Shown here piece after piece: positions 8,534 to 10,551 of a DNA stretch of 10,551 nucleotides. The stretch lies in the IMG/VR virus record IMGVR_UViG_2529292736_000008. One strand, written 5' to 3'. The notes beneath the pieces were generated by a model. It did no database searches. It saw only the letters and a list, made by a program, of their open reading frames with translations, and had not been told where the DNA came from. Each line of letters begins with the position of its first letter. The first letter of the stretch is position 1. A program made the position numbers and the translations under genes. Source of the DNA: a virus (taxonomy: Duplodnaviria > Heunggongvirae > Uroviricota > Caudoviricetes).

Positions 8534-8582
8534 TCATTGGGATTATGCCGCAGCACGTCTTAAGCAAGAACGTGCTGCGGTT
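8366..8582 (+). repeat. Direct repeat copy 1 (~217 bp): tfa 3' end (last ~55 codons) plus downstream hairpin
   Basis: Aligns by eye with 9415..9632 at roughly 85-90% identity, including exact blocks CGTGTTGATACATCAACTGCACCTGATATTGAGTGGCCT and CCTGTCAGGGAGTAATCATTGGGATTATGCCGCAG. Confidence 0.8.
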
Positions 8583-8587
8583 GGATG

Positions 8588-9256
8588 CTATTTTTTCCCT
8601 GAAGCGGAAAACATTACTACAGTACCTTGAACCTTGGTTTTAACATTCTCGAAATGCTCTGAGAGTATATGTGTTAAGCCTTCTTCGGAATCTTTTGTGT
8701 TTGAAAAGATGCCTTTCTGATTGTAAATGCGCATCAGTTTTTGACCGAAGCTATTGTGCACAACTCCATCGCCAAGAATTGTGGCTCCGTATAGAGTTCC
8801 ATCGTCAGTTAAGGCCTGCGCCGCATTGCGTATTACACAGCTTTTTGTAGATATATTTCCAGGCAGGCAGTGAAGAAGGTAAAACATGGAAATGGAATCA
8901 AATTGACCATGTAACGCCGCGGGATAAGGTTCAAAAACATCATGGCTAATTTTATGTTTAATTTTTGATTCCCCAGCCCTTGTAGATGCCGCGTTCAGGC
9001 TAGCTTCGTTCAAATCCATTAAAGATATCAGACTACTCTCAGGTACGTGAGTAAGGTAAAACCCAGTTCCAACACCAATATCCAGATGGTTGTTACCTAC
9101 ATGTTCCAGAAAGTGTGGAAGAAGGTGTTCCTTTGTAGGACATCCCCATGCAAGCCGATTTGATACTCCCAAAACCCACCAGTCATAAAGCTTTAGGGTA
9201 AGTGGTGTGTAAATTTTAGCCCCATCATCTGTGTTTTTTTTCATTGATTTCACCAT
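8588..9256 (-). CDS. Putative class I (Rossmann-fold) SAM-dependent methyltransferase, 222 aa; AT-rich cargo gene
   Basis: Motif I LDIGVGTGFY (hh[DE]hGxGxG), acidic end of beta-2 (ISLMDLN), motif II/III-like FDSISMFYLLHCLP and LTDDGTLYGATIL. No DPPY/NPPY or PC-Q DNA-methyltransferase motifs, so the substrate is unclear. GC content visibly lower than the flanking phage genes. Confidence 0.7.
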   Translation of the reverse strand: MVKSMKKNTDDGAKIYTPLTLKLYDWWVLGVSNRLAWGCPTKEHLLPHFLEHVGNNHLDIGVGTGFYLTHVPESSLISLMDLNEASLNAASTRAGESKIKHKISHDVFEPYPAALHGQFDSISMFYLLHCLPGNISTKSCVIRNAAQALTDDGTLYGATILGDGVVHNSFGQKLMRIYNQKGIFSNTKDSEEGLTHILSEHFENVKTKVQGTVVMFSASGKK

Positions 9257-9285
9257 GTTATAGTTTTATTTGTGAATTAAATCAA
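9257..9285 (-). promoter_or_regulatory. Candidate sigma70-like promoter upstream of the methyltransferase gene (-35 TTGATT, 17-bp spacer, -10 TATAAC)
   Basis: Minus-strand reading TTGATT(9285..9280)-N17-TATAAC(9262..9257) directly abutting the first ATG. If used, translation would start at the second in-frame ATG (9244..9242) on a near-leaderless mRNA. Motif match only. Confidence 0.3.
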
Positions 9286-9312
9286 TTATGGCGATGAATT
9301 ACAAGGGGTTAA

Positions 9313-9582
9313 ATGCTGCCGCAGCATAGCGATATTGAAATAGCCTGGTATGCTTCGATACAGCAGGAGCCGAATGGCTGGAAGACCGTCACCACACAGT
9401 TCTACATCCAGGAATTCAGTGAGTATATTGCGCCACTGCAGGATGCTGTAGATCTGGAAATCGCAACGGAGGAAGAAAGATCGTTGCTGGAGGCATGGAA
9501 TAAATATCGGGTATTGTTGAATCGTGTTGATACATCAACTGCACCTGATATTGAGTGGCCTGCAAATCCTGTCAGGGAGTAA
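9313..9582 (+). CDS. tfa' - chimeric small ORF (89 aa): unrelated 35-aa N-terminus fused to a duplicated Tfa C-terminal domain
   Basis: C-terminal 54 aa ([53 protein letters not shown]) parallel the Tfa C-terminus at 8372..8533. ATG preceded by AAGGGG 4 nt upstream. May be a remnant or an expressed mini-Tfa. Confidence 0.5.
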   Translation: MLPQHSDIEIAWYASIQQEPNGWKTVTTQFYIQEFSEYIAPLQDAVDLEIATEEERSLLEAWNKYRVLLNRVDTSTAPDIEWPANPVRE

Positions 9583-9632
9583 TCATTGGGATTATGCCGC
9601 AGACACGTCGTATGCAGGAACGTGCTGCGGTT
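9415..9632 (+). repeat. Direct repeat copy 2 (~218 bp) of tfa 3' end plus hairpin
   Basis: See 8366..8582. Confidence 0.8.
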
Positions 9633-9696
9633 AGTTTGTGAGCTTTCGATAGTGGTTGTTATTTTTGCCCTTATTTGTTCCGGAGGCCATGGTTCA

Positions 9697-9867
9697 ATGG
9701 TCCGTCTGCCCCCTGTGGTGATGTCAGCAAAATCAGCCACTGCGCGAACCACAATAGCCCGGGAAGATGCTGAAGATCACCAGGTAAAGCTGTCAGCGCA
9801 GAAACTGGAAGAACTGCTCGCATCAATGGTTAAGGATGAGGTTGATCGCAATGATGGGATTTATTGA
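9697..9867 (+). CDS. Hypothetical small protein (56 aa)
   Basis: ATG at 9697 with GGAGG (9682..9686) 10 nt upstream; ORF ends 95 nt before a strong terminator hairpin. The track's 93-aa version starts at a TTG inside the repeat hairpin and is less plausible. No recognisable domain. Confidence 0.35.
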   Translation: MVRLPPVVMSAKSATARTTIAREDAEDHQVKLSAQKLEELLASMVKDEVDRNDGIY

Positions 9868-9961
9868 CGTCAGCGAGAGCAGAAGGAAGAACTGAATAAC
9901 CTGAATGATTTACGCTCAATCAGAGCGATGGCGATTAGCGGCAATCACGCTCGATAAAATT

Positions 9962-9987
9962 AACCCCGGTGATCATCCGGGGTTTTG
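9962..9987. terminator. Bidirectional rho-independent terminator between convergent genes
   Basis: AACCCCGG (9962..9969) - TGATCAT - CCGGGGTT (9977..9984), with TTTT after it on the plus strand and A-run before it (U-run on the minus strand). Confidence 0.6.
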
Positions 9988-9993
9988 CATTCA

Positions 9994-10551
9994 TTAAAAC
10001 CGCATCAACCTTTCCACCAATTGTTCTTTACGGGCAACGATCCACCCATGTTGCTCCAGATAAAATTTAAACCGTTCCAGCGTGCATACCATCGCATCGG
10101 CGGGGACTTTTTCTGTGAACTCGACCTGACCGTGTTTATCGAAGTGGATCAGTAATGCGCATCCATTATTTGGGGCGGGGGAGTTTTGTGCTGCAGGAGG
10201 ACGTTTGTGGAGTTCTTCTTCCATTGCGTTAAATTTTTCAATGTAAGCTTCTTTTAGTCTGGCTGCTTTTTTGCCAGTAAATCCCATTACGAGGAACATG
10301 AAGCCGTCTTTTGTGATCAGGTAGCATCGTGATTCACGTTCTGCGCCGTTGCCAATTTCGACAGTCTGAACATCGGCCGAAAAGTTGGCTGATGTAAATT
10401 CGGGAGAGCAGTCGAGTGTGTCAATCTTAGCTAAAACGTGTTTATGTTGTTTATCGAAGTAGTCGGCAACAGCTTGAGAGGTGGTAACCAGGCGACCATC
10501 TTTGAAAAAGACTTTTGGTGACTCGTTAGAAAAAGTTATAGCTGTATTCAT
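9994..10551 (-). CDS. Rha-family phage regulatory protein (185 aa as read; start codon coincides with the window edge, so the N-terminus may be incomplete)
   Basis: N-terminal region ...GRLVTTSQAVADYFDKQHKHVLAKIDTL...YLITKDGFMFLVMGFTGKKAARLKEAYIEKFNAMEEEL resembles the Rha (pRha) regulatory domain (recalled). C-terminal ~70 aa of unknown function. Confidence 0.7.
   Translation of the reverse strand: MNTAITFSNESPKVFFKDGRLVTTSQAVADYFDKQHKHVLAKIDTLDCSPEFTSANFSADVQTVEIGNGAERESRCYLITKDGFMFLVMGFTGKKAARLKEAYIEKFNAMEEELHKRPPAAQNSPAPNNGCALLIHFDKHGQVEFTEKVPADAMVCTLERFKFYLEQHGWIVARKEQLVERLMRF

Noticed and set aside
8366-9632. Possibility that the tfa/tfa' repeats are crossover sites of a Gin/Pin/Cin-type tail-fibre inversion switch
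   Set aside because: The repeats are direct, not inverted; no recombinase (invertase) gene lies adjacent; and the hairpin does not resemble the 26-bp gix/hix-type sites with a central AA dinucleotide.
9402-9752. Minus-strand 116-aa ORF
   Set aside because: Spans the repeat, hairpin and small-ORF region antisense, with no RBS or homology; likely spurious.
1-10551. CRISPR arrays, tRNA or rRNA genes
   Set aside because: No regularly spaced short direct repeats and no cloverleaf- or rRNA-like segments were seen; the only repeats are IS inverted repeats, the tfa-end direct repeats and coding repeats within stf.

Overview
The window reads as a lambda-like prophage tail-fibre region, probably from an Escherichia coli/Shigella-type genome (inferred from IS629 plus an IS66-family element; nothing was searched). 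Left to right: (1) the right part of an IS66-family insertion sequence on the minus strand (tnpC' 1..636, tnpB 656..1003, tnpA 1003..1680), inserted into the host-specificity gene J so that only the J C-terminal part survives (~1711..2505); (2) an intrinsic terminator, then lom (2575..3175), broken by a +1 frameshift in a run of seven G; (3) a second terminator, then a long mosaic side-tail-fibre gene stf (3239..6502) whose last 45 codons (7812..7949) are cut off by a 1309-bp IS629 copy (6503..7811, 3-bp CAT target duplication) whose own orfB is frameshifted; (4) an intact tfa (7949..8533); (5) an AT-rich cargo segment: a class I SAM-dependent methyltransferase gene on the minus strand (8588..9256) bracketed by ~217-bp direct repeats of the tfa 3' end, a chimeric tfa' ORF, a small ORF with a GGAGG ribosome-binding site, a bidirectional terminator, and a Rha-family regulator gene at the right edge. 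No rRNA, tRNA or CRISPR array was seen. The most promising candidate for something undescribed is the repeat-bracketed methyltransferase/tfa' cargo module; its function cannot be assigned from sequence alone. All homology statements come from reading the translations and recalled family knowledge.
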